Below are positions 35,273-44,234 of a DNA stretch of 64,000 nt, piece by piece (the stretch's first letter is position 1; every line of letters starts with the position of its first letter). The stretch covers positions 15,031-79,030 of the IMG/VR virus record IMGVR_UViG_3300028400_000005, one strand, 5' to 3'. The position numbers were made by a program, and so were the translations under genes. The stretch comes from a virus. Under the pieces are notes generated by a model, which saw only the letters and a list, made by a program, of their open reading frames with translations, made no database searches and had not been told where the DNA came from.

Positions 35273-36729
35273 GCGGTCTCCTTTCGGGGCTCGAGCCCGT
35301 CCCCGTCTGCGAAGAACGGGAACATGGCCACGTAGCCGCGTTCACGGTGGAATACGTGCGCCTCGGCCGAGCGCAGGTTGGCGATGAAGCCCTTCTTGTG
35401 GTGCCAGGCGTCCGTCGCGGAGAGGGACGGCAGCACGCGCACGCGCACCCCGCCGTTCTCGGCGAGGGGCTGGAACGCCGCCTCGCTCTTCCGGTGCAGG
35501 TGCCCCACGTGCCACTCGCGGTAGCGGGTCTGCGACCAGTCCTCGGGGCGCTCGTTCGCCATGATGAGGGGCAGGTCGCGGTGCTTCTCCTCGTTGCCGT
35601 GGGTGTAGCCGATCAGCACCCGCCCCCAGCGCAGGTACTTGCGCGGGGTGGCGCCATTGTCCACGTGCACGTCCTCCGTGGCGCGGTAGTAGGCCCGCAG
35701 CACCTCTCCGAGGTAGAAGGTGCGCTGGTGGTCGTGGTTGCCCGGCACCATGAGCAGCCGCACCGGGGCGATGGCCCGGGCGCGGTCAATCAGGTCGGTA
35801 ATGAGCAGGTCCACCACCCGCCGGAAGGCGGTCTGCCAGCGGGTGTCCACGTCCACCCGCGTGCCCTTCGTGGTGGTGTTGTCGAGGGTGTCTATGTGGA
35901 AAAGGTCGTTGCCCAGGGGGATGACGATCTCGTCCAGGGGGTAGAGGGCGGCCTGCTCGAGCAGGTACTCGACGGCCTCCTTCCACACCGCGATGGCCCG
36001 CTTGGTGTCGTAGGCGTTCCCCGTCTCCTCGGCCGCGGCCAGCTTGCCCACGTGCAGGTCGTAGACGCTGATCTCGGCGAGGTACCCCGAGTTGCGCTCG
36101 AGCCGGCGGACGCGTACCGGGGGTTGCCCCGTGGGTCGGGGTACGGCCCGGGCGGCCAGGTCCTCGATCAGCCCCTCGAAGATGGCCTTGAGGTCCACGT
36201 CCCGCTTGCGCCGCAGCCAGACCTTGATCTGCCACAGGGGAGCCTTCTTGATCTCGCCCTCGTCTTCGATGATGCCGCTCATGCGGCTGTCTTCCCACTC
36301 GAGGGACTTCTTGGTCTTGGCCCGCCCCATCTCCCAGGTGTTCACGACGTAGCGCTCGACCTCCCACACGTCGGGGTCCACCTGGGCGATCCGCAGCACG
36401 TCCTCGAGGCTGAGCGGCCGCTCGCCCTTGTAGGCCAGGGTCGCGTTGCCGGTGGCCGTCTCCTCGAAGCGCACGTCGGGGCGCTTGGGCTCCTGGACCT
36501 TGGGCGGCTCCGGGGGGCGCTTGGGGGCCGGCGCCGGCATGCCCTCGGGGGTGTAGGCGGTCACGAAGTGGTAGAGCTCCCGGGAGCGGTAGTAGGTGAG
36601 CTCGTGGCCGATGGAGGCCAGGTGGTTCTTCAGGTACTGGGGCCCGTGGCCCGGGTTGGCCTCGAGGTAGGCCCGGGCGGCGGCCTCGAGCTCGGGGGTG
36701 AGCCACTTGGGGCGCTTGGGTCCGGCCAC
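35269..36729 (-). CDS. Calcineurin-like metallophosphoesterase
   Basis: DLHVG, GNDLFH.D, GNHD, THG, GHLH motifs. Confidence 0.88.
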   Translation of the reverse strand: MAGPKRPKWLTPELEAAARAYLEANPGHGPQYLKNHLASIGHELTYYRSRELYHFVTAYTPEGMPAPAPKRPPEPPKVQEPKRPDVRFEETATGNATLAYKGERPLSLEDVLRIAQVDPDVWEVERYVVNTWEMGRAKTKKSLEWEDSRMSGIIEDEGEIKKAPLWQIKVWLRRKRDVDLKAIFEGLIEDLAARAVPRPTGQPPVRVRRLERNSGYLAEISVYDLHVGKLAAAEETGNAYDTKRAIAVWKEAVEYLLEQAALYPLDEIVIPLGNDLFHIDTLDNTTTKGTRVDVDTRWQTAFRRVVDLLITDLIDRARAIAPVRLLMVPGNHDHQRTFYLGEVLRAYYRATEDVHVDNGATPRKYLRWGRVLIGYTHGNEEKHRDLPLIMANERPEDWSQTRYREWHVGHLHRKSEAAFQPLAENGGVRVRVLPSLSATDAWHHKKGFIANLRSAEAHVFHRERGYVAMFPFFADGDGLEPRKETA

Positions 36730-37118
36730 TACCTACCCCCCAGGCGTGCGAAGGCGCGGAACACGTAGGTGCCTGCGGGGCGGTACTGGGCCTCGAGCCC
36801 CAGCGTCACGCGGGGGCCGTCCGCTAGGGCCTGCACCCCCACCCAGGAGCGCTCGAGCGCGCCCGGGTAGAAGGCTAGCTGGGGCATGAGGTAGGCGTCC
36901 ACGTCCCAGCTCGAGCCCAGCCAGTAGTAGGCGTCCAGGCGCACGTAGTGGCCCGAGAACGGTGCGCGGTCGGCTGAGGGCTCCGTCGCGGCCGGCGCGG
37001 GGCCGCTCCACTCCCAACCGAGCTCCACGTCCCAGCCGGTCCAGCCGGTGCCGCCGGCGCCGGTGGCGAAGGCGAGTCCGGCGGCCAGCACCAGGGGAGC
37101 GATAAGGTGCTTTATCAT
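36729..37118 (-). CDS. Secreted beta-rich protein (possible small outer-membrane barrel)
   Basis: Signal peptide MIKHLIAPLVLAAGLAFA; alternating aromatic strands; leaderless TAGAAT-N7-ATG. Confidence 0.55.
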   Translation of the reverse strand: MIKHLIAPLVLAAGLAFATGAGGTGWTGWDVELGWEWSGPAPAATEPSADRAPFSGHYVRLDAYYWLGSSWDVDAYLMPQLAFYPGALERSWVGVQALADGPRVTLGLEAQYRPAGTYVFRAFARLGGR

Positions 37119-37274
37119 GCGTCTTATTCTACAGACGGGCACGGGTGGGGTAGAGAAAGGGCCTAACGGTTCAGTAACAGACCCGGGGAATAGCAGAGGC
37201 GGCGGGCTCGAGCCCGCCACCGGTCTACCTGCGCAATCCTCGCCGTCGGGGTCGCCGGCGCACCTGCCCCGCCC

Positions 37275-37547
37275 CTAGGTAGGCGGCGCGCCGGACTTCT
37301 CGAAAAAACCCGTGGCGTTGAAAAAAGCGACGACGGCGCGGATGACCATGCGCGCGATGATGTCGTAGCTGTCGCGGAAGGCCTCCGGGAGCATTTCCGG
37401 GGGGAAGAGCTCCCGCATCTGCGCCACCGCCTTGTCCTCCTTTGCCTTGCCCTTCTCACCGGTCCCCTCGGCGGTGAGCTCCACCAGGGTGACGGCGAGG
37501 CCGGCCGCCTGAATGATCGCCTGCAGGATCGAGAGCAGCTTCTTCAT
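37275..37547 (-). CDS. Holin-like protein
   Basis: N-terminal hydrophobic helix, GEKGKAKEDKAV motif, follows the endolysin. Confidence 0.55.
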   Translation of the reverse strand: MKKLLSILQAIIQAAGLAVTLVELTAEGTGEKGKAKEDKAVAQMRELFPPEMLPEAFRDSYDIIARMVIRAVVAFFNATGFFEKSGAPPT

Positions 37548-37566
37548 CGTTACCTCCGCGGCCACC

Positions 37567-38298
37567 CTAGGCGCTGGGGCGGTCGGGGTCCTCCCACCAC
37601 TTGCGCCAGTAGCTGATGCCGAAGTCGCGCTCGAGCTCGTAGCGCCGGCCGTGCACGGTGCCGCGGCCCACGGCGATCGTGAGCTTGCGGCTCAGCACGT
37701 CGTCGCGCCAGCGGGGGTTGGCGCTGTCGGCCACCACCTGGGCCAGCAGCTTGAGGCGCTGCCACTCCATGGGGTAGCGCGTCCCCGCCCCGAGGCGGCG
37801 CCGGTAGCGGCGGATGTGGTCGCGGCGCGGCGCGCCGTTCTGCACGGCGATGTCCACCCCGAGGGCGTAGGCGCGCTCGGTCGTGAACCCCAGGGCCTCC
37901 ACGAGCCTCCGGCCGCGGTCCAGGTACGGCTGGGCGGCCTCGCGGAACGCCTGCTGGGTGCCGGGCAGCTCCTCGAGGCGGTGGAAGGCGTTGCGCCACT
38001 CCCACGTCGGCCGGCCGCGGCGGTCCAGGATACGCGCCCGGGCGAAATCCACGAGCGCCGCGTTGCCGCGCCGGGCGGCCTCGACGAACTCCTCGCCCAT
38101 GATGCGGGCGGCCTGCTCGGGCTCGAGCTCGACGATGCGCGCCAGCACCGGGCCCAGCGTCCCCTGCCCGAGGTTCCATTGCAGCGGCCCCCAGGAGAGC
38201 ACCTGGCCGTCGAAGTCGCCGGCCAGGTGCCCCCCCTCGAACGCGTGCACCATGCGGAGCACGCGGGTCTGGAGGGTGGGGTGGGGTTTGCGGTTCAT
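37567..38298 (-). CDS. Endolysin (lysozyme-like fold)
   Basis: FEGG..AGDFDGQVLSWGPLQWN..QGTL and DIAVQNG motifs; lies between holins. Confidence 0.75.
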   Translation of the reverse strand: MNRKPHPTLQTRVLRMVHAFEGGHLAGDFDGQVLSWGPLQWNLGQGTLGPVLARIVELEPEQAARIMGEEFVEAARRGNAALVDFARARILDRRGRPTWEWRNAFHRLEELPGTQQAFREAAQPYLDRGRRLVEALGFTTERAYALGVDIAVQNGAPRRDHIRRYRRRLGAGTRYPMEWQRLKLLAQVVADSANPRWRDDVLSRKLTIAVGRGTVHGRRYELERDFGISYWRKWWEDPDRPSA

Positions 38299-38303
38299 GG
38301 ACG

Positions 38304-38795
38304 TTAGAGCATGCCGATGACGCCGTAGTTGCCGCCGCCGGCAACGATCGGACCGGGCATTTCGCTCGGATCGGCGGGCTCGAGCTGCAGGGTGAAGGCG
38401 ATGTCGCCGATGGACGTGTCGGCCGTCGCGGGGGCGGTGATGACGAGGGTGTCGCCGGGGGCGAGGTACACGTCCCCCATGGGGAAGTCGAACGCGCCGT
38501 CCGACTGCCCGGCGAGGAGGGCCGCCGCGATCGAGCCGCTGCCGCCCGAGATGTCGGCTACCCAGTCGGCCGCCGGGGGCAGGTCGGCGTAGAGCCGGTG
38601 GTTGCCGTTCGCGGGGATCTTGACGTGCTCGGCCGCCACGTAGATGAACAGGACGGCGTCGGCGGCGGGGGTGCCGGGTACGAAGACGCGAAGCTCGCTG
38701 GGGCCGCTGCCTAGGTCGGCGAGCTCCGACGCCTGCTCGAGCTGCTTGAGAAAGCGGGTGTTGGTACCGGGTAGGTGTCTGCGCTCCTTTGCCAT
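38304..38795 (-). CDS. Beta-rich virion/tail-associated hypothetical protein
   Basis: YLAPGDTLVIT strand similar to the C-terminus of the 39309 fiber; late-type promoter. Confidence 0.55.
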   Translation of the reverse strand: MAKERRHLPGTNTRFLKQLEQASELADLGSGPSELRVFVPGTPAADAVLFIYVAAEHVKIPANGNHRLYADLPPAADWVADISGGSGSIAAALLAGQSDGAFDFPMGDVYLAPGDTLVITAPATADTSIGDIAFTLQLEPADPSEMPGPIVAGGGNYGVIGML

Positions 38796-38825
38796 GCCGC
38801 CACCGTAGAAACGGTGGCGGTAAGG

Positions 38826-39275
38826 CTACACGTCGGACCTGGGCGCGCGCTCGCGCAATAGGGACTCGAGCCGTTGCAGGATGGGGAGGTCGGGGTAGAT
38901 GCGCTGCAGGTTCTCCAGGATGGACAGCGCCTCGGTGACGATCAGCATGCCCAGGCCCACGCCGGTGAAGAGGGCCCCCATGCCGATGCCGCGCTCGGCG
39001 AGGTTGATGGCGGCGAGCGCCGTCCCGTAGACCACGAGCTTGGCCCCCGTCTTGGTGGCCATGATGGCGCTGGTGATGTGGTGCCCGCGGTAGCGGGCGG
39101 CGATCACCCCCGTCAGAAAGTCGAGGGCCACGAGCGCCCCCAGGATGCCGTACGCCTCACGCCACGGCGAGTAGATCCAGATCACCAACCCCACGAGCAG
39201 CTTGACGATGAGGAGGTCGGTGAGGCGGCTCAGGATGTCGGCGATCGAGAGAAAGAAGGTCGTGAGGCGTTCCAT
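38826..39275 (-). CDS. Phage holin (holin_4_1/Cph1-like)
   Basis: LVALDFLTGVIAA...ITS...K...EALSILENL signature; multiple TM helices. Confidence 0.85.
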   Translation of the reverse strand: MERLTTFFLSIADILSRLTDLLIVKLLVGLVIWIYSPWREAYGILGALVALDFLTGVIAARYRGHHITSAIMATKTGAKLVVYGTALAAINLAERGIGMGALFTGVGLGMLIVTEALSILENLQRIYPDLPILQRLESLLRERAPRSDV

Positions 39276-39308
39276 GCCCGCACCCTCGAACCCGTAGCCG
39301 TCAGACGG

Positions 39309-40178
39309 CTAGAGCGGGACCACCGTGGCGTTGGGGGCGGTGGTGGCGTAGGTGATGCGCAGACGGTCCCCGGGGGCGAGGTAGACCATGCCGGCCGTGA
39401 CTCCGAGGTCGTAGTACGTCGCGCCGTCGCGGCTGAACTCGAGCAGGCTCGGGTCGCCGCCCTGCACGATCACGGCCACGGGGTTGGTCCCGGGGTTCTG
39501 GTACTCGAAGGGGCTGGCGCCCACCGTGAGCGCAGAGGGGGCGGTGGCCGTGTCCGTGAGGGCGTAGCGGGCGTCGCCTTCGGCCTGGGTCAGGTACTGG
39601 GGGTGCGGGTCGGCGTCGGCGACGTGGGCGTCCAGCGCCGCCTGGTCGGCCTTGCCGTCGAGCTGGGTCTGGATGGGGCCGGTGACGCCGTCGAGGTAGC
39701 CGAGCTCGGTCGCGTCCACGCCCGCGGGCCAGTCGCTGATCTCGGCGAGGGGGTGGGTGTGGGCCTCCGGGGCGAAGGTGGTGGGCTTGTTCTGCACGTC
39801 GTCCCAGCCGATGCCGTCGCCGGCGGGGTCGGCCGTCGCCGCCCAGGACTCGAGCGTGTCCATGCGGTCCGAGAGCGACCCCACGGCGGCGTTCAGGGCG
39901 TCCAGGTCCACGGCCTCGAGGGCGCTCAGGCGCGCGTCCGCGTTGACGGCCTCGAGGGCGTCCAGGCGGGCTCCGATGTTCAGGGCCTCGAGGGCGGCCA
40001 CCCGCGGGGCCAGGCCCCCGGTGCCGCCCAGCTCCTGCACCATGCGGTAGAGGATCGCGTCGTTGGTGATCAGGTCCTGGAACTGCGGGTTCCAGGTGTC
40101 CGGGTGCGCGGGGTCGGTGGTCTCGAGCGCGCGTACGCGGTCGGTAAAGGTGCCGTTTTCGTTGCCGATCAGGTCCAT
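39309..40178 (-). CDS. Tail fiber protein
   Basis: ETTDPAH..WN.....LITND N-domain, RLDALE coiled coil, WDDVQNKPTTF and HVADADPHPQY fiber motifs. Confidence 0.8.
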   Translation of the reverse strand: MDLIGNENGTFTDRVRALETTDPAHPDTWNPQFQDLITNDAILYRMVQELGGTGGLAPRVAALEALNIGARLDALEAVNADARLSALEAVDLDALNAAVGSLSDRMDTLESWAATADPAGDGIGWDDVQNKPTTFAPEAHTHPLAEISDWPAGVDATELGYLDGVTGPIQTQLDGKADQAALDAHVADADPHPQYLTQAEGDARYALTDTATAPSALTVGASPFEYQNPGTNPVAVIVQGGDPSLLEFSRDGATYYDLGVTAGMVYLAPGDRLRITYATTAPNATVVPL

Positions 40179-40186
40179 GGGTTCTC

Positions 40187-41206
40187 CTACTGCTGCTCAA
40201 GGGTGATGAGGAGGGTCGCGTCGAGGAAGATTTCCACGTGCCCCGAGGGGTGGTTGTCGCCGGGCCACTTGGTGTCACGGAAGGCGCGGACCCAGATCAT
40301 GCGGCTGGGAAGAAGCGGGCTCACGGTGGTCGGGTCAATCTCAGCCTGGACGTGGTGGTCGGTCTTCGCGCCCTCGCCGGTGGAGCGGTTGACGATGGTC
40401 TGGGCCCCCGAGGTGGTGCTGGGTGCGCCTTCGTCCCCGGGGTCGTTCCAGCGGCTGACGACGCCCTTCGGGCTCGCGTTGCCGTCCACGTTCCACCAGG
40501 CCTGCGCCTTGTAGCGGAAGTCGCCCTGGTTGGACTGCGCGATGTACTTGTACCGCAGCATGAGCGGCACGGCGTGCACCACCTTGAGGCCGTACATCAT
40601 GGTCTGCAGTTGCCAGCGGTCGCTGACGCCGCTGTCGAACATGATGGCCGCCGCGCGCAGCTGCACGCTCAGGGGCTCCATGCGCCAGAGGTTCTTCCCG
40701 TTGCTGGTGCCGATCTTGGTCAGGATGATGTGGGTGCCGTTCCAGGACTTGAGCCAGCGCGAGCCCACGGCCGCGTCGGCGGGGGGATCGCTGGTGTAGA
40801 CCGTGATCGCCAGGGTGGCCTGCTCGAGGGCGTCCAGCCTGGCGTCGGCGTTGACGGCCTCGAGGGTGGACACGCGGGAACCCAGGGTGATGATGGACTG
40901 CTCCACGGTCCCCAGGCGGGCGTCGGCGTTGACGGCCTCGAGCGCGTCCAGGCGCGGCCCGGCGCCGATGCTTTCGAGGGCGTCGAGGCGAGAGCCGGCG
41001 TTCACCGCCTCGAGCGCGCTCACGCGGCCGGGCAGGGCCAGCACCCCCGCCGCCTCGATGATGTCCAGGCGCTTCTTGAGCACCGCGTCGTTCGTCACCA
41101 GCTGCAGCAGCTGGGGGTTGATCGTCGAGGGGTGCACGGGGTCGGTCGTCTGGATCTCGTAGAGGTCCAGCGCGATGGTCCCGTTGGGGTCGCCGGTGAG
41201 TGCCAT
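40187..41206 (-). CDS. Tail fiber protein (paralogous N-domain)
   Basis: QTTDPVH..IN..L.QLVTND, 11-residue RLDALEAVNAD repeats, distinct beta head. Confidence 0.75.
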   Translation of the reverse strand: MALTGDPNGTIALDLYEIQTTDPVHPSTINPQLLQLVTNDAVLKKRLDIIEAAGVLALPGRVSALEAVNAGSRLDALESIGAGPRLDALEAVNADARLGTVEQSIITLGSRVSTLEAVNADARLDALEQATLAITVYTSDPPADAAVGSRWLKSWNGTHIILTKIGTSNGKNLWRMEPLSVQLRAAAIMFDSGVSDRWQLQTMMYGLKVVHAVPLMLRYKYIAQSNQGDFRYKAQAWWNVDGNASPKGVVSRWNDPGDEGAPSTTSGAQTIVNRSTGEGAKTDHHVQAEIDPTTVSPLLPSRMIWVRAFRDTKWPGDNHPSGHVEIFLDATLLITLEQQ

Positions 41207-41231
41207 GACTGCACCCTAGGCGTGGGCGCGG

Positions 41232-41957
41232 TCAGGCGGAGTTGAGCACCCAGTTGCCGTTGAGGATGCGCGTACCGTCGAGCGGGATGGTGCTCGAGCC
41301 CATGACCTCGTAGTGGGGGAGGGTGCCGGCGGGGCGGAAGCGGTCCACGATGGAACGCACCACGGCGAGGTCGTAGGGGCCGCCCTCGAGCCGCACGATC
41401 AGCACCCCGAGGTAATACTTCAGGTTCTCGTACGGCCCGCCGGGGTTGAAGCGCACGCTCCCGTCCCAGGTCTGCACGCCGTCCCAGCGGCGGATGGTGT
41501 ACCCGCCCTTGGTCTCCACCGTGGTCCAGTCGAAGACGGTGGCCGTGGTGCCCGGGAAGGCGCGCTCGATGGCCTGTTCGATGGCCTCCGGGGTGGTGCG
41601 CGGCAGGCGCAGCTCGCCCAGGATGCGCTCGCGCAGGGTCTCGTCGGTCTCCCCGGGGAAGCGGGGCTCGAGCCCGTAGAGGCGCGCGTGGAAGTCCAGC
41701 CACTCCCACGTCGCCAGCTGCACGTCGAGCTGGCCGAGGGCGCTCAGGTCCACCCGCTGCAGGCCGGCGTCGAGCGCGTCCATGAGGTCCGCGGTGACGC
41801 CGCGCAGCGGCAGCCAGGGGGGCAGGCGCCAGACCCTCCCCGAGCTCGCGCCGCCGTCCGCCGCCCCCGTGGGGGGCTGCAGGGGCAGGGTGACGACCAC
41901 ATGGTCCTGTCCGGGACCCGTGAGGGGGTTGGGGTCGGGGTTGAAGGTCTGCGCCAT
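41232..41957 (-). CDS. Baseplate wedge / tail protein I-like
   Basis: ATWEWLDFHARLYGL..R.PGETDETLRERI, TTPEAI, RFRPAGT. Confidence 0.8.
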   Translation of the reverse strand: MAQTFNPDPNPLTGPGQDHVVVTLPLQPPTGAADGGASSGRVWRLPPWLPLRGVTADLMDALDAGLQRVDLSALGQLDVQLATWEWLDFHARLYGLEPRFPGETDETLRERILGELRLPRTTPEAIEQAIERAFPGTTATVFDWTTVETKGGYTIRRWDGVQTWDGSVRFNPGGPYENLKYYLGVLIVRLEGGPYDLAVVRSIVDRFRPAGTLPHYEVMGSSTIPLDGTRILNGNWVLNSA

Positions 41958-41983
41958 GTCCGTACCCTAGCGTCCGTGACCGG

Positions 41984-44224
41984 CTACATGTACTGGTAGC
42001 CGTCGGCCGGAGCGTCGCCCGAGGGTCCGTCCTCGAGGTTGCTCAGCTCCACGTGCAGGTACACCTCGTCCACGTTGGGCACCAGCGGGAACGAGAACTC
42101 GTGGATGGTCTGCGGGTTCAGGGACTCGAGCACGCTCCCGATCTGGTTCCCGTCCTTGTCGGTGACGAAGAGCAGCACCCCCTCCGGGCGGCTGAGCTCC
42201 ACCTCGACGTGGGCCGTGAACGTCTGCGGGTCGTAGTTGCGGGTCACGCGGACGATGTGCCCGCCGGCGTACCCTTCCTGCAGGGCGGCGATGAAGTCGG
42301 GCTCGAGGTCGGCGTAGTAGCTCGCCTGCTTCTGGGCGCGGTCGAAGGTGAACCCGAACGGCTCGGCCAGCGGGTAGATGCGGTCGCGGTAGACGTAGAT
42401 CACCCCGGACTCGTAGACGCGGGTGAAGAAGTCGCCCTCGAGCGCGCGCAGCTGCTGGGCCAGCGCGTCGAGGTACTGGGTGCGGGTGACGTAGCTGGGG
42501 TCGCGGATGGCCGGGTAGCTGGTGAGGTCGTTGAAGTAGGTGCTGTCCCCCAGGTCGTAGGTCTCCTGCAGGGCCGAGGTCACGGCGTAGGAGTAGACCG
42601 CGGTGAGGAAGCTGTCCTTGAGCGAGCTCAGGGCGGCGGCGTCGAGCTGGGGGTCGTAGCTGAACTTGAAGAGGCTCACGCCCACGTCGTAGAGCTCGCG
42701 GTAGCCGTCGGCGCGGCCGGTGTCGTAGACCGTGGTCACGGCGCCGTTGCGCTCGCCCTCGAGGTAGGTGGTGTAAGCGGCGTCGTCGAGGCCGGCCGTG
42801 TTGTCCGCGTCGTAGCTGTACGCGGGGTACTGGGCGGCGATGTAGTCGAGGAAGAAGCGCAGACCGGCGATCTTGCCCGTGGCTTGCATCTTGTCCTTGT
42901 ACGGCGCGGCCTGGTCGCGGTACTGGGTCTGGTACCCGGCGTCCCCGGGCTCGAGCGCGGGGTCCACGCTCACGCGCCAGTCATAGCCGTCCGCGAGGCC
43001 CTGGTCGTAGATCTCCTGCGCGGCTCGAGCGAAGCCGGCCTCGTAGACGTGCTTGGCGACGGCGTCCGCCTGGCCGGAGGTGGTGCTGGTCGGCCAGGCC
43101 GTCGCCCCCTCGGGGAGGCCGCCGGTGATCTCCGCGTCGTGGGCGGCCTGGTAGACCTCGCCGTAGGCGCGGTCGTACCCCGCGGCGTCGCCGTCCCCCT
43201 GGATCTGGGCGATGAAGCTCGACTTGAGCCCCGAGAGGTAGGTCCCGTCCTGGCTGGTGGTGTCGTAGGTGAACGCGGGGTAGGCGCCGTACACGTCGTG
43301 GTAAGCCCCGACGCCGCCCGCCTGGTACACCTCGTCGGCCGCCGGCACCGCAAGGTTCTTGTAGTAGTTGGGGTCGGTGTTGGCGCCGTCGTAGGGCGAC
43401 GCGCCCTTGGCGACCATGGCGTCGAGGAAGCGCTTGGACGTGTCAATGCTCGAGCGGTCGGCGATGGCCTGCACCATGGCCTGACGGGTGGCGTCGGTGT
43501 CCCAGTCGGGGCCCGCCAGCACCGCGGCCGAGTCGAAGCCGTAGGGGTCGGCGAGCGGGTAGATGGCCTGCGCGAAGGCGAGACGGCCGTCCGCGACCCC
43601 GGTCTGGTAGCTGCCGCCCATCACATCGTCGGTGGGGGAGGCGTACGTGGAGAGCGCTGTGGTGGCCACGTCGCCGTCGTAGTCGCGGGCGTACTTGGTC
43701 ATGCCGGCCCGCACCACGATCCGGTAGAGGCCGTCCTGCCGGGGGAAGTCCATGGTCAGGGTCTTGGAGCCGGTGCCGTCCGCCCCGTCGCCGGCGGTGA
43801 TGAGCCCGGTCTCGTTGCCGTTGGCGTCGAGGCCCTTGAGGAACATGCTGATGGACCCCGGCTTGTCCAGGACCACGGTCAGCCGGGACGTGTCGGCGTC
43901 GAGCGGGGTGACCTCGAGGCTGAGCACCGCGGGCTCGAGCGCCGCCACCAGGCCCGCCCGCAGCGAGAGGGCCTTGCGCAGCGCCACGGCGGGGTAGAGG
44001 GTGGGCTGCGTCGGCGGCGATGCGTAGAGCCACGCCAGCTTCGCCACCCCGTCGCCGGTGAGGTGGCGAAAGGCCAGGTGGAAGGTGGTGCCCGTCCCGT
44101 CGTCCATGAGGCCGGGCGTGCTGGCGTTGCGCCAGTAGCGCGCCTGCGTCCGCACGCGCGGGCTGGCGAACGGGCGCTGCGCGAGCAGGTCGGCGTCGGT
44201 CAGGTTCTGGCTCCAGAGAGGCAT
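41984..44224 (-). CDS. Large Tyr/Asp-rich repetitive virion protein
   Basis: Located in the baseplate operon; AAGGAG RBS; repeated VY..G...Y..Y motifs. Confidence 0.65.
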   Translation of the reverse strand: MPLWSQNLTDADLLAQRPFASPRVRTQARYWRNASTPGLMDDGTGTTFHLAFRHLTGDGVAKLAWLYASPPTQPTLYPAVALRKALSLRAGLVAALEPAVLSLEVTPLDADTSRLTVVLDKPGSISMFLKGLDANGNETGLITAGDGADGTGSKTLTMDFPRQDGLYRIVVRAGMTKYARDYDGDVATTALSTYASPTDDVMGGSYQTGVADGRLAFAQAIYPLADPYGFDSAAVLAGPDWDTDATRQAMVQAIADRSSIDTSKRFLDAMVAKGASPYDGANTDPNYYKNLAVPAADEVYQAGGVGAYHDVYGAYPAFTYDTTSQDGTYLSGLKSSFIAQIQGDGDAAGYDRAYGEVYQAAHDAEITGGLPEGATAWPTSTTSGQADAVAKHVYEAGFARAAQEIYDQGLADGYDWRVSVDPALEPGDAGYQTQYRDQAAPYKDKMQATGKIAGLRFFLDYIAAQYPAYSYDADNTAGLDDAAYTTYLEGERNGAVTTVYDTGRADGYRELYDVGVSLFKFSYDPQLDAAALSSLKDSFLTAVYSYAVTSALQETYDLGDSTYFNDLTSYPAIRDPSYVTRTQYLDALAQQLRALEGDFFTRVYESGVIYVYRDRIYPLAEPFGFTFDRAQKQASYYADLEPDFIAALQEGYAGGHIVRVTRNYDPQTFTAHVEVELSRPEGVLLFVTDKDGNQIGSVLESLNPQTIHEFSFPLVPNVDEVYLHVELSNLEDGPSGDAPADGYQYM

Positions 44225-44234
44225 GCGCTACTCC

